From Squalus acanthias (taxonomy: Eukaryota): a stretch of DNA of 64,000 nucleotides. The position numbers and the translations under genes were made by a program. Positions 14,200 to 26,985 of this stretch are shown here, one piece after another; position 1 is the first letter of the stretch, and every line of letters begins with the position of its first letter. Below the pieces are notes generated by a model. The model made no database searches, was not told where the DNA came from, and worked only from the letters and a program-made list of their open reading frames with translations. The stretch is from assembly GCA_030390025.1 (NCBI GenBank), contig CM059449.1, forward strand, positions 13,640,001 through 13,704,000, read 5' to 3'.

Positions 14200-14765
14200 T
14201 TCCTACATTACAACAGTGACTACACTTCAAAAGTACTTCATTGGCTGTAAAGGACTTCAAGTGTTAAGTTAACAGGAGAGATTACACAAATTAGGGTTGT
14301 ATTCCTTAGAATTTAGAATGTTAAGGGGTGATCTGATCGACATTTTCAGGATATTAAGGGGAACAGATAGGTTAGATTGTGATAAACTGTTTCCGCTGGT
14401 TGGGGATTCTAGGACTAGGGGGCATAGTCTAAAAATTAGAGCCAGACCGTTCAGGAGTGAAATTATTTAACACTTCTATACACAAAGGGTGGAAAAAGTT
14501 TGGAACTCTCTTCCGCAAACGGCAATTGGTGCTAGATCAATTGTCCATTTTGAATCTGAGATTGATAGCATTTTGTTAACCAAAGGTATTAAGGAATATG
14601 GGCCAAAGGCGGGTATATGAAGTTAAAATGCAGATCAGCCATGATCTCATTAAATGTCGGAACAGGCTCGAGGGGCTGAATGGCCTCCTCCTGTTCCTAT
14701 GTTCCTAAGCACTTTGGGACGTCCTGAGGTCAGGAGAGGCGCTATATAAATGCAAGTCTTTCTTT
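14200..14765 (+). mobile_element. DeuSINE tail interrupted by a CR1 3' fragment (about 14265-14708)
   Basis: The SINE tail stops at ttggctgtaaag and resumes at aagcactttgggacgtcc after the CR1 tail. Confidence 0.75.
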
Positions 14766-14872
14766 ATTTTCTGACTCATGCTTTGAGGAACTTTTGAAGA
14801 AACTTTACTAAAACGTTGCCTAATTGGACTGTAAACATCCTGTTACTTGCTGCACGGTCTGAGATGGTGTTA

Positions 14873-17012
14873 CATAAGAACATAAGACGTAGGAGCAGGA
14901 GTAGGTCATTTGGCCCCTCGAGCCTGCTCCGCCATTAATTAAGATCATGGCTGATCTGATCTTGGCCTCAACTCCACTTCCCTGCCCGCTCCCCATAACT
15001 CTCGACTCCTTTACCTTTCAAAAATCTGTCTATCCCCACCTTAAATATATTCAATGACCCGGCCTCCACAGCTCTCTGGGGAAGAGAATTCCAAAGATTC
15101 ACGACACTCTGAGAGAAGAAATTTCTCCTCATTTCCGATTTAAATGGGTGCCTCATTATTCAGAAATTATGCCCCCAATTCTAGATTCCCCCACGAGGTG
15201 AAACATCCTCTCTGCATCTACCCTGTCAAGCCCCTTCAGAATCCTATACGTTTGAATAAGATCCCCTCTCATTCTTCTCAACTCCAATGAGCATAGTCTC
15301 AAACTGTTCGACCTTTCTTCATAAGACAACCCCTTCATCTCCGGAATCAACCTCGTGAACCTTCTCTGTACTGCCTCCAATGCAAGTATATCCTTTCTTA
15401 AATAAGGAGACCAAAACTGTATGCAGTACTCCAGGTGTGGTCTCACCAACGCCCTGTACAGTTGTAACAGGGCTTCCCTACTTTTACACTCCATTCACTT
15501 TGCAATAAAGGCCAACACTCCATTTGCCTTTTTGATTACTTGCTGTATCTGCATGCTAACTTTTTGTGATTCTAGTACAAGGACCTCCAGATCCCTCTCT
15601 ACCTCAGCATTTTGTAATCTCTCTCCATTTAAATAATAATTCGCTTTTTATTTTTCCTACCAAAGTGGGTGTTGTGGAGTATTTTAAACCAACACTCGAC
15701 ACAAGGTTTTAGATCGATAGTCAAGTTGTCTTTATTACACCGGTGGGGAAACAGTCTGCTCTGTCTTAGCCAGACTTCTCCAAATTGTTACAGCAAACAC
15801 TACATTTTTATACATTACAATACACAGGCCATCTCATGCACGATTCATTCCTGCCACCTGATTGGATCTTGGCCCACATGCACCTTCACGGATTGGTTAC
15901 GAATCTTAATATAAACATGTATAAGCTGCCTCCTCAATCAATCACTCAAACTGCTGAATGCTAATTAAAAGATAACTTGGAATGTAACCTAGGTAATAAA
16001 GTTCTTACGGGCAGTTGAAATGCTGGACATCCTGTCTCCATTTAATTGTTTTATATCTCTCCAAAGGTCAGCTATCTTTGACCGCATCTTTATGGATGTG
16101 ATCTTTCATGTTAGTCCCTATCTTCCTTACACCATTCAGTGAAACTGCCAGCGATGTCAGTTTAACTCTTTCCCCACTGCAGTGGGTAACCTCGCATTTT
16201 CCCACATTAAACCCCATCTGCCAGATTTTTGCCCACTCACTTAGCCTATCTATATCTATATCCCTTTGGAGATTCTTTGCGTCCTCCACACAATTTGCTT
16301 TCCCACGTATCTTTGTATCATCAGCAAATTTGGCTACATTACATTCGGTCCCTTCATTCAACTCATTAATATAGATTGTAAATAGTTGAGGCTCCAGCAC
16401 TGATCCCACCAGTTACAGTTTGCCAATCTGAAAATTACCTATTTATCCCGACTCTCTGTTTTCTGTTAGTTAGCCAATCCTCTATCCAAGCTAATATATT
16501 ACCCCCAACCCTGTCAGCTCTTATCTTGTGTAGTAACCTTTTATGTGGCACTTATCGAATGCCTTCTGGAAATCCAAATAAAACACATCTTCTGGTTCCC
16601 CTTTATCCACCCTGCTCGTTACATCCTCAAAGAACTCCAGCAAATTTGGCAAACATGATTTCCCTTTCATAAAACCATGCTGACTCTGCTTGACTATATT
16701 ATGATTTTCTAAATGTCCTGCTACCACTTCCTTAATGATGGACTCCAGCATTTTCCCAATGACAGATGTTAGGCTAACTGGTCGATCGTTGCCTGCTTTC
16801 TGTCTCCCTCCTTTCTTAAATAGGGGCGTTACATTTGCGGTTTTCCAGTCCGCTGGGACCTCTCCAGAATCCAGGGAATTTTGGTAGATAACAACCAATG
16901 CATCCACTATCTCTGCAGCCACCTCTTTTAAGACAGTAGGAAGCAAGCCATCGGGTCCAGGGGACTTGTTCACCTTTAGTCCAATTAGTTTGCCTAGTAC
17001 TTTCTCTCTAGT
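14873..17012 (-). mobile_element. CR1 LINE fragment interrupted by a solo LTR
   Basis: KSPGPDGL...YLDFQKAFD, KFADDTK and RPHLEYCIQFWSP motifs, and an (aagaacat)n tail. Confidence 0.9.
15670..16181 (-). mobile_element. Solo LTR (512 bp, TG...CA, 5-bp TSD GTGGG)
   Basis: Interrupts the CR1 at caaagtggg|. Ends are tgttgtgg and ccactgca. GTGGG is duplicated at 15665-15669 and 16182-16186. AATAAA on the minus strand near 15735 suggests the orientation. Confidence 0.8.
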
Positions 17013-17309
17013 GTTGCATTGTGGTTTTATTTAATGTTTCTATCTTTTTATTGTGCTTAATATTGAACAATGTATTGACAGGAAAAAGCAACTGATATAT
17101 TATAATCTCTTGAAAATAACAAACAAAATGCAATCTACAAATAATGTGGCTGTTTTATTTTGTGGGTCCAAACTTTGGGCACTTGCTGGGCTGCAGTTCA
17201 AAGGAACATCACCAAATAATACAGAGACCTGTCTAAATAACTCGTTGTTTAAAATAAACTCTGGTTCATAAAAATATTTCCCATATGTAGATATATCTAG
17301 CAAAAAGTA

Positions 17310-17492
17310 GTGTCAGCTGTGGCTCAGTGGGTAGCACTCTCGCCTCTGAGTCAAAACGGCGTGGGTTCAAGTCCCACTCCAGAGTCTTGAGCACAGAAAT
17401 CTAGGCTGGTAGTGCTGAGGGAGTGCTGCACTGTCGGAGGTGCTATCTTTCGGATGACACGTTAAACCGAGGCCCAATCTGCCCTCTCAGGA
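17310..17492 (+). mobile_element. DeuSINE 5' half
   Basis: tRNA-like head and the start of the Deu domain. Confidence 0.8.
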
Positions 17493-18204
17493 AATATTTA
17501 CGTACAGTTTATCATCAGAAGATTGAACAAGTGTGATCCCTTTAATGATGGGAGGGTTGGTATAGGATCGGTGGAAGAAACAGGTTTGATGCACCTCCTG
17601 TTTTCTTCTTATGTACCGAGCTGACATACTTAAACAGATTCGCACCATAAAACAGACATAAAGGAATAAATGCTGCGAGATTATGACAGTGGATAACTAT
17701 TTTGCGAATGTGGTGAGATGTTCCACATATCATGAAAAGATAATTATGCGTTCCGCCTTTATTTTTCATGGTTTCTGCAGCACGTTATATCTATCATATA
17801 TTAAAATTGTTCCATATAGTGAGCACTTCCTGTGAATGTCATATTTATTTCATGTAACACTCTCCTAGTCGCACTTTGTTGATCACACCACTGTTGTTAT
17901 AAAACAGAGTATTCATCAACTCACCATATGTAAGGTCATGGTACAACACCTTTTTCGAAATGAGGTCTGATATTTCATTAAAAAGCAGGATTCGATTTTC
18001 CACGTTGTGGAACGTATAGTAAAACATTGAAATCATATTAACCAGTTTTGGGTGACAGATATCAGATTTATGACAACTGTCCCATTTTATGATTGCCCAT
18101 TTCATTATGGTCCATTTAAAGGAAATTTAAGTCAACAGATTTTTTTAACAATTTTAAATAAGCAAATTACAATTCTAATTACTTTATTTACACTTTAATA
18201 CCAC

Positions 18205-19505
18205 TTAGATAATTCAAGAGAGCCAACACGGATTTGTAAAAGGCAGATCAGGTTTGACTAATCTAATTGAATTTTTTGATGAAGTAACAGGAGGATCGAT
18301 GAAGGGAATGCAATGGATGTTGGCTACATAGATTTTCGGAAGGCGTTTGACAAAGTACCACATAGATGGCTGGTTAACAAAATTGAGGCTCGTGGAATAG
18401 GTGGGTCAGTGGCAGCTTGGATAAGGATTTGGCTAAAGGACAGAAAACAGCGAGTTGTGGTAAATGGCTGTTTTTCAGACTGGAGGATGGTCGACAGTGG
18501 TATTCCCCAAGGGTCAGTGCTGGGACCACTGCTTTTTTTGATATATATAAATGAACTGGATATTGGAATACAAAGTAGAATTTCTAAATTTGCCGATGAC
18601 ACCAAACTTGGGGGTGTGGCAAACAGCGATGATGATTCCAGTCGATTGCAACAGGACATAGAAAGGCTAGCAGAATGGGCAGACAAGTGGCAGATGGAAT
18701 TTAATCCAGGGAAGTGTGAGGTGATGCATTTTGGGAGCAGGAACAGGGAAAGGCAATATACACTAATGGCACAGTTTTAAAGAGTGTGCAGGGAGAGAGA
18801 GACCTGGGAGATAATGTGCCTATGTCCCTGAAGGTGGCGGGACATATTGAGAGAGTGGTTAGCAAAGCATATGGAATCTTGGTCTTCATAAATAGAGGTA
18901 TTGAGTACAAAAGTAGAGAAGTTATGCTGAACCTTTAAAAGCATTGGATAGGCCACAACTGGAGTATTGTGTCCAGTTCTGGTCACCACATTTTATTGAG
19001 GATGTGAAGGCACTTGAGAGGGTGCAGAGGAGTTTTACCAGGATGGTTCCGGGGATCGGGGATCTTAGCTATAAGGATAGGTTGGAGAAGCTGGATTTGT
19101 TTTCATTAGAGCAAAGGAGGTTGCGGGGTTATTTGATAGAGATGTACAAGATTATGACGGGTTTGGATAGGCTAGACGGGGAAAGGCTGCTCCCACTAGT
19201 TGATGGTAAAAGAACTATAGGACGCAGAGTTAATGTTTTGGGCAAGAGATAGAGGGGGAATGTGAGGAAAAAAAATTTACGCAGCGAGTGGTGAGGACCT
19301 GGAACTCGCTACCGATGGAAGTGATGGAAGCGGAGACACTTAATGTTTTCAAGGGGAGACTGGATAAGCACTTGAGGGAAATAAACTTGCAGGGCTACGG
19401 GGATAGAGCGGGAGAATGGGACTGACTGGATTGCTCTACAGAGAGCCGGCACGAACTCGATGGGGCGAATGGCCGCTTCTGTGCTGTTATGACTCACTCT
19501 ATGAG
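18205..19505 (+). mobile_element. CR1 LINE fragment
   Basis: IDFRKAFDKVPH, GIPQGSVLGP and KFADDTK motifs, and a (tatgactc)n tail. Confidence 0.9.
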
Positions 19506-19929
19506 ATGTTTTAACTTTAGAAATGAGTATCCTCTTCAAAGAATTTACAGGTGTCTTTTATTGTCTTATTTCCTCTTGGGGTGTGGTCGATGCTGCCAAA
19601 GCAGTGTTTACCGCCCAACCCTAATTGCCCTGAGCGCATTAAAGAGGCAACCACGTAGTGTGGGACTGGAGTCGCATGTAGGCCGGACTCACGAATGAAT
19701 CTGTTGGGTTTCAAAAACAATCTGACAGCTTTCACGGTCTTGTCTGGTGCTAGCCCACAAATTCTCAGATTCCATCAATTCAAACTCACAATTTTTATTG
19801 TTGCCATTTGAACTCAATACTTTTGCCATGGTAATCCAGTGTTATAATCACTGAACTGTCGTATCCTCCAGCAATGCAGAATGAGGAGATATTAGAATCA
19901 TAGTCTTACATTGAAAAAACGTGCACATT

Positions 19930-20505
19930 TCATAGGATTACATAGGATTACATAGGATATGCGTCACAGAAACAGACCATTCGGCCTATCCAGTCCATGC
20001 TGGCGTTTATGCTCCACTCGAGCCTCCTCCTGTCTTTCCTCATCTAACTCTATCAGCATAACCCTCTATTCCCTTCTCCCTCATATGCTTGTCCAGCCTC
20101 CCCTTAAATGCATCTATACCTTTCGCTTCAATCACTCCCTGTGGTAGCGAGTTCCACATTCTCACCACTCTATGGGTAAAGAAGTTTCTTCTGAATTCCC
20201 TATTGGATTTCTTGGTGACTATCTTATATTGGTGGCCTCTAGTTATGCTCTTTCCCACGAGTGGAAACATTCTCTCTCTATCCACTCTATCAAAACCTTT
20301 CATAATTTTAAAGACCTCTATTAGGTCACCTCTCAGCCTTCTCTTTTCAAGAGAAAAGAGACCCAGCCTTTTCATCCTTTCCTGATATGCATAACCTCGC
20401 ATTTCTGGTATCATCCTTGTAAATCTTCTCTGCACTCTCTCTGGTGCCTCTATATCCTTTTTATAATATGGTGACCAGAACTATACGCAGTACTCTAAGT
20501 GTGGT
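19930..20505 (-). mobile_element. CR1 LINE 3' fragment
   Basis: QRRFTRMIP...RGDLIEVFK, and a (cataggatta)n tail. Confidence 0.9.
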
Positions 20506-21616
20506 TTCTCACAAAGCAGATAGCAATTTGGAGAACTGTAGGTATATATATGCCATGTATAGTTTATATATAGGTAGATTATTTGAGTGTTAATATTAGC
20601 CTGAAAACACTTTAGCAGACATCGATATAAAGGCAATAGGGTGGTAGTTGAAGGGGAAAGATGGATCATCTTTGTTTGGGACAGGATGAACAGCAGCAAA
20701 TTTGTGCCAATAGATTGAGCGTATGAAATATTGAAAACATTAACAGGTTGGAGCAAGTTCAGAAACACACCTCTTGAGGACCACACGTCTTGCTGAAGAG
20801 AATGGGCGATCTGACAGACAAAATGGAAATTTAAACTTGCTACTGGTCATAATATCGAACAGATTGAGAAAATGGAGAGATGGGGAGGCATGGTCTACCC
20901 TCTGGGCCATGGGCAAGGTCTCATGTCGCGGGCAAACTATGGCAAAATCGCGGGTACACTGGCAGCACGTTTTCCCCATTAGTGACAATGGATGGAAAAT
21001 GGAAAGCAATGCACCTATGTTTTTTTCTAACATGCCACCTGCTATGTGCAATGCCCTGCTGGTGACACAATGTCTGGGAAATCTCACCCTTGCGTCTTGA
21101 ATTTCCTGGAAACCTACTTCACCGCTGGACGAGTAGCAGGGCGGGACATTCGGCGGACCGTCCACTCCAGCCCTGACTTGGTCTGAAATTCCTACGGTGG
21201 GGTGTCCCTTGCATTAAATATGGCGTGTGCTTGCACCATGTATTTGGATCAATGGATGTTCCCCAGGGACACGGAGATAGGGTGGAAAAGTGGAGTTGAG
21301 ATAGAAGATCAGCCATGAACGTATTGAATGGCAGAACAGGCTCGAAGGGACATATGGCCTATTCCTGCTCCTATTTCTTATGTTCTTATGTTCCCATATG
21401 TGTAGCACTCTGCCCCTCCATGGAGAAAGAGGGACGGTTGCTTCAGTGAAGCATTTTAATTTTTAAGTGGCACCAGTTTCATTTTATCCCTACTGATGAG
21501 ACACACAGGCACTTTCCATATAGTATTCTGCCACTAGGTCCTCTGATACGGCCAGATCATTCATTGTAACTATTTCTGTAGTGTCAGCTGTGGCTCAGTG
21601 GGTACCACGCTCGCCT

Positions 21617-21915
21617 AATGGGACAAGTAAAGAAACAAAAGATGACTCTAGATTAAGTGTTGCAGAATGATCGACAGCTGCCATGTGAGAGAGACTCGTC
21701 CCATTACCATCTCTTTTTGCCTTGCACCGTCATCCCTTTTGTCTCTTAATCTCTCCTGCCTTCCATCCTATCACAGACCTTCCCTTTTGTTCTTTCCTCC
21801 CCTCCCCCCTTTCCCTGCCCATACACTTGCTTAAAAACCTGTTACATCTCCAACTTTTTCCAGTTCTGACGATCGGTCATCGACCTGAAACGTTAACTCT
21901 GTTTCTCTCTCTACA
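21617..21915. mobile_element. Penelope-like 3' repeat fragment with inverted arrangement
   Basis: 21617-21695 and 21696-21915 match the PLE UTR at 6120-6460 in opposite orientations. Confidence 0.75.
21862..21898 (+). ncRNA. Minimal type I hammerhead ribozyme motif (best-preserved copy)
   Basis: AGUU-CUGACGA-ucGGUC auc GACCu-GAAA-CGUU-AACU. It has the full core, stem I AGUU/AACU, stem II GGUC/GACC and a palindromic AACGUU stem III. Confidence 0.75.
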
Positions 21916-22176
21916 ATTCACATTTCCACATTGATTGTATTGAAGCCCCATTGAAACACATCACCAATTCTAGCCCTGGTTATAACAGACCAACTTGATA
22001 GTTGCATCTACTCTGAACTATGTATTTACATCCAGTGCCAATCACACTCGAGAGAATCAAAAGGCAGATTAACCTGAGCATGTTGACATTGACTATCCGT
22101 GCACCGCTTATCTCGCTCTCAATTTTCAGATACTTTTTTTCTTCTCTTTCCAGCGGTTTACTAAATAAAAGACATT

Positions 22177-22915
22177 GGCCCAGAAATTGATCTCGCTCTG
22201 TTCCCGCGGGGGTAAGCCTTCCCCGCGATGTCTCACCTCGCTTGTGCTTTTTCAGATCCAGCTCGCACGAACTTGATGTTCCAGACATCAGCTGGGCTGG
22301 GCTTGCGTATCCCAGCTGCGTAGTGAATTCGTGCGAGCTGTGGGATCACGTGACTCGGTTAGAGCCAATGGCAGCACACCATCTTCCATTCATAAGTTTC
22401 ACAGACCTGCTGTGAAATCTATGAATCTTACACCCCCCCAAAATAACAGCTAAACCTCAATTAAATAAAAAAAAAACCATCACATTAATAAAATAAGTAT
22501 AGTTAATTAAATTAACCATTTTAAATAAAAAATTAAATTTTTGAAAAAATTTAAAATCTTTTAAAAAGTTATAAAAATAAACTTACCTGTCTTTAAAGTC
22601 TCTAAAAAAGATATACCTGTAAAAAAAAATTCAAAAAAATACTTAATTCACTACTTACCTTCTTAAAAGCGGGTCTTACTCCTTTTTACATTTCCAAAAT
22701 CTTCAGTACTTACCTGTGCGTCCAAAGCATGAAGTGCACAGCGTGCGCGCAGCCTGTAGCGCGCACGCGATGCACCCAAGACCCGCCCCCTTTTCAGAAG
22801 AGCAATTGCCGGTTTTCAGCGCATGCGCAGGGCATGCAGAAAACCGGCAATTGGAGTGGGAATACGCGAGAGTACACAGTGCGTACTCTCGCGTCCCGGG
22901 ATCAAGTTTCGGCCC
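22177..22915. mobile_element. Non-autonomous DNA transposon/MITE (Harbinger-like)
   Basis: Imperfect TIRs ggcccagaaattgatc and gatcaagtttcggccc, flanked by ATT on both sides. A second, inverted copy starts near 63733. Confidence 0.6.
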
Positions 22916-23269
22916 ATTAGATATGGCATTTTTTTATTTTTTTTAATAACGGTTGACAGGCTGGTGGAGAAAGACGGTAATAATTCGTGACAGGCGAACC
23001 CTTACTTGTACTGGCTTTCTTCTCTTTTATGTGAAATGCAACACACTCGAGCAGCATAACAAAGTGCTGCCTTGTTTGAAAGCCGGCGCTAACGGTAAAA
23101 AGGTCGAAGGAGAGCAGCAATATTCATGAATTTTGGAGAGAGGGGGTTGTGTAATTTAACTAACCTTTGAGTTTAAGCAGAGTTTAATGCTCAGCCGGTG
23201 CCGTTAAACCAAAGGGTACTCACCGTGGTTTTGTGTTTGGCCCAGGATTTATTCCAATAGCGTTTTAAA

Positions 23270-23737
23270 AAGAAAGACTTGCATTTATATAGCACCTTTC
23301 ACGACCACCGGACGTCGCAAAGCGCTTTACAGCCAATGAAGTACTTTTGAAGTGGCGTCATTGTTGTAATGTGGGAAACGCGGTAGCCAAATTGCGCACA
23401 GCAAGCTCCCACATAACAGCAATGTGACAATGACCTGACAATCTGTTTTTGTTATGTTGGTTGAGGGATGAATAGTGGCCAGGACACCGGGGATAACTCC
23501 CCTACTCTTCTTCAAAATAGTGCCATAGGATCTTTTGCATCCACCTGTGAGAGCAGACGGGGCCTCGGTTTAACGTCTCATCCTAAAGACAGCACCTCCC
23601 ATAGGGCAGCACTTCCTCAACACCGCACTGCAGTGCCAGCCTAGTTTTATGTGCACATGTCCCTGGAGTGGGACTTGAACCCACAACTTTTTGACTCATG
23701 GGGCGAGTGTGCTACCAACTGAGCCACAGCTGACACT
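23270..23737 (-). mobile_element. DeuSINE (SacSINE1-like), full length
   Basis: Reverse complement of the head, Deu domain and tail. Confidence 0.85.
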
Positions 23738-24109
23738 GGCAATGGTTCAATGCACATTCTTTGCACATTAAACTTTGCGATAAAAATTTGTTCGGTGCAA
23801 AAAGTCATTATGAATTATTTTTAAAAAGTATGCTTTAATATCAACCAATGCCGAAGTAAGTAGGTGGGAGGGAGGCAAGTCTTAAATTATAGAACACGGG
23901 AGCGTTACAGAGAAACCGAACATCCCACAGCACTGCAAGGGCGCACTCAATAACTGTGCAAGCTACACTCGCTGCTCGCGTCTGGCCGGCGTGCAGTCCC
24001 ATTTGCCCTCGTGAATACCTCCCTCCTGCTTTCCATCCGACTGCTCCGGTCTGGGGATCTGCCGGCCTGTCAAACATCTTCTATCACACGATGGGACGCA
24101 CGCCGCTCC

Positions 24110-25295
24110 TACCTACACAAAGCACTAAAAGTTGCGCCACAGGTTAGCAAGGCCATAAAAAAAGCAAACCAAGCACTAGGGTTTATTAGTCGAAGGATAG
24201 AATTGAAAAGTAGGAAAGTTATGCTAAACCTTGGTAAGACCACACTTGGAGTACTGCATACAGTTCTGGTCGCCATATTATAAAAAGGATATCGAGAAGA
24301 TTTACAAGAAGATTATACCAGAAATGCGAAGGTTTACATATCTGGAAAGGATGAACAAGCTGGGTCTCTTTTCTCTTGGAAAAAGGAAGGCTGAGGGGTA
24401 CCTAATAGAGGTCTTTAGAATTATGAAAGATTTTGATAGAGTGGATACAGAGGGAATGTTTCCACTTGTGGGGAAGAGCATAACTAGAGCCAATCAATAT
24501 AAGATAGTCAGCAAGAAATCCAATCGGGAATTCAGAAGAAACTTCTTTACCCAAAGAGTGGTGAGAATGTGGAACTCGCTACAACAGGGAGTGGTTGAAG
24601 CGAATAGTACAGATGCATTTAAGGGGAGGGAAAGGGGGGAGGGGAGGAAAGAACAAAATGGAAGATCTGTGATAGGATGGAAGGAAGGAGAGATTAAGAG
24701 ACAAAAGGGATGATGGTGCAAGGCAAAAGGAGATGGCAATGGGACAAATTAAGAAACAAAAGATAACTCTAGATGAAGTGTAAATGGTAATGGCAGATAG
24801 ATCGACAGCTGCCATGTGAGAGAGACAGAAAAACATGAAAAAAAAGATGGGGCAGAGGTTATGGTCTGAAATTGTTGAACTCGATGTTGAGTCAGAGGGT
24901 TGTAAAGTGCCTAATCGAAAGATGAGGTGCTGTTCCTCGAGCTTATGTTGAGCTTCATTGCCTTCCAGCCTATCACAGACCTTTTCTTCTTTCCTCCCCA
25001 CCCCTCCCCACTTTCCCTGCCCTACACTTGCTTAAAAACCTATTCCATCTCCAACTTTTTCCAGTTCTGACGAAGGGTCATCGACCTGAAACAGTAAATC
25101 TCTTTCTCTCTCTACAGATGCTGCCTGACCTGCTGAGTGTTTCAGCATTTAAAGCATATAAGGGAAAAGGGAATAGAGGGCTAGGCTGATAGATTTAGAT
25201 GAGGAAAAACGGAAGGAGGCTCTTGTGGAGCATAAACGCCGGTATGGACTGGTTGGGCCGAATGGCCTGTTTCTGTGCCGGACATCCTATGTAAT
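24110..25295 (+). mobile_element. CR1 3' fragment interrupted by an inverted-repeat Penelope-like insertion (about 24630-25150)
   Basis: The CR1 frame RPHLEYCIQFWSP...DAFKGR is broken by PLE sequence (KLEEQHLIFRLG, UTR in both orientations, hammerhead core at 25067-25091). The CR1 resumes at 25151. Confidence 0.85.
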
Positions 25296-25539
25296 CACAT
25301 GTACCGGCCCACAGACCGAGAACGATTTCGGCAGGGGGTGGAAGTCATCCAGCACCCGCCTGCTCTCACCTGCGATTGGCTAATCCTCAGGACCCTCCCG
25401 CCCCCCTTGCTATTGATTAAAGTCGACGCCAGTCACAGAAGGTTGAGCGTTGATTGGTGAAGCGCGATGTTGGTCAGGACGGGCAAGGCCCCGCCCACTC
25501 TCCCTGATCGGACCTTTTACTTGGCCGGGGCTGTTTTGC

Positions 25540-26985
25540 TGTGTTAGTAAAGCCCCCAGCTGTGAGCCTGAGTCCAGTGAAATGCAGTGAACAGCAGCAA
25601 CCGCTGTCCTGGCCTTCTTTGACCTCACAAAGGCCTTCGACGGGGTCAACCATGAGGGAATATGGAGTGTCCTCTTCAAATTCGGCTGCCGCCAAAAGTT
25701 TGTCACCATCCTCCACCTGCTTCACGACGACATACAAGCCGTGATCCTGACCAACAGATCCACCACAGGCCCAAGTCACGTACGGACCGGGATCAAGCAA
25801 GGCTGAGTCATCGCATCAACGCTCTCCTCGATCTTCCTGGCTGCAATGCTCCATCTCACCCTCAGTAAGCTCCCCGCTGGAGTGGAGCTAATTTACAGAA
25901 CAAACGGGAAACTGTTCAACCTCCGTCGCCTCCAGTCCAGATCCAAGGTCGTCCCATCCTCTGTCATCAAATTACAGTATGCAGACAACGCTTGCTTCTG
26001 TGCACACTCGGAGGTCGAACTCCAAACCATCGTCAACACCTTCACTGAAGTGTACGAGAGCATGGGCCTTACACTAAACATCCGTAAGACAAAAGTCCTC
26101 TACCAACCTGCCCCCGCCACACAGTACTGCCCCCCGAATATCAAAATCCATGACAAGGCCTTGGACAACGTGAACCACTTTCCATACCTCGGGAGCCTAC
26201 TGTCAACAAGGGCAGACGTTGATGATGAAGTCCAACACCGCCTTCAGTGTGCCAGTGCAGCCTTCGGTCGCCTGAGGAAGAGAGTGTTTGAAGACCAGGA
26301 CCTCAAAACCGGCACCAAGCTCATGGTCTACAGAGCAGTAGTGATACCCGCCCTCCTGTATGCTTCAGAGACATGGACCGTGTACAGCAGGCACCTCAAA
26401 GCACTGGAGAGGTACCACCAACGCTGCTTCCAGAAGATCCTGCAAATCCATTGGCAGGATAGGCGCACCAACGTCAGTGTTCTCGCTCAGGCCAACATCC
26501 CCAGCATCGAAGCTTTGACCACGCTCGATCAGCTTCGATGGACGGGCCACATCGCCCGCATGCCCGATACGAGACTCCAAAAACAAGCGCTCTCTCTCGG
26601 AGCTCCGACACCGCAGGAGAGCCCCAGGTGGGCAGAGGAAACGCTTCAAGTACACCCTCAAAGTCTCCTTGAAAAAGTGCAACATCCCCACCGACACCTG
26701 GGAGTCCCTGGCCCAAGACTGCACAAAGTGGAGGAGAAGCATCCGGGAAGGATCCGAACACCTCGAGTCTCTTCGCCGGGAGAAAGCAGAAGTCAAGCAT
26801 AAGCAGCGGAAGGAGCGCACGTCAACCCAAGCACCCCACCCAACCGCCCCATCAACCACCGTCTGCCCCACCTGTGACAGAGGCTGTAGGTCCCGCATTG
26901 GACTCATCAGTCACCTGAGAACTCATTTTGGAAGCAAATCATCCTCGGTTCCGAGGGACTGCCTAAGTGAGTGAGAGAGAGAGAC
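25540..26985 (+). mobile_element. RTE-clade LINE (BovB-like), 5'-truncated and frameshifted
   Basis: LQYAD, FPYLGS, LLYASETW and QLRWTGH motifs, and a C-terminal CPTC...IGLISHLRTH zinc knuckle. Confidence 0.88.
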
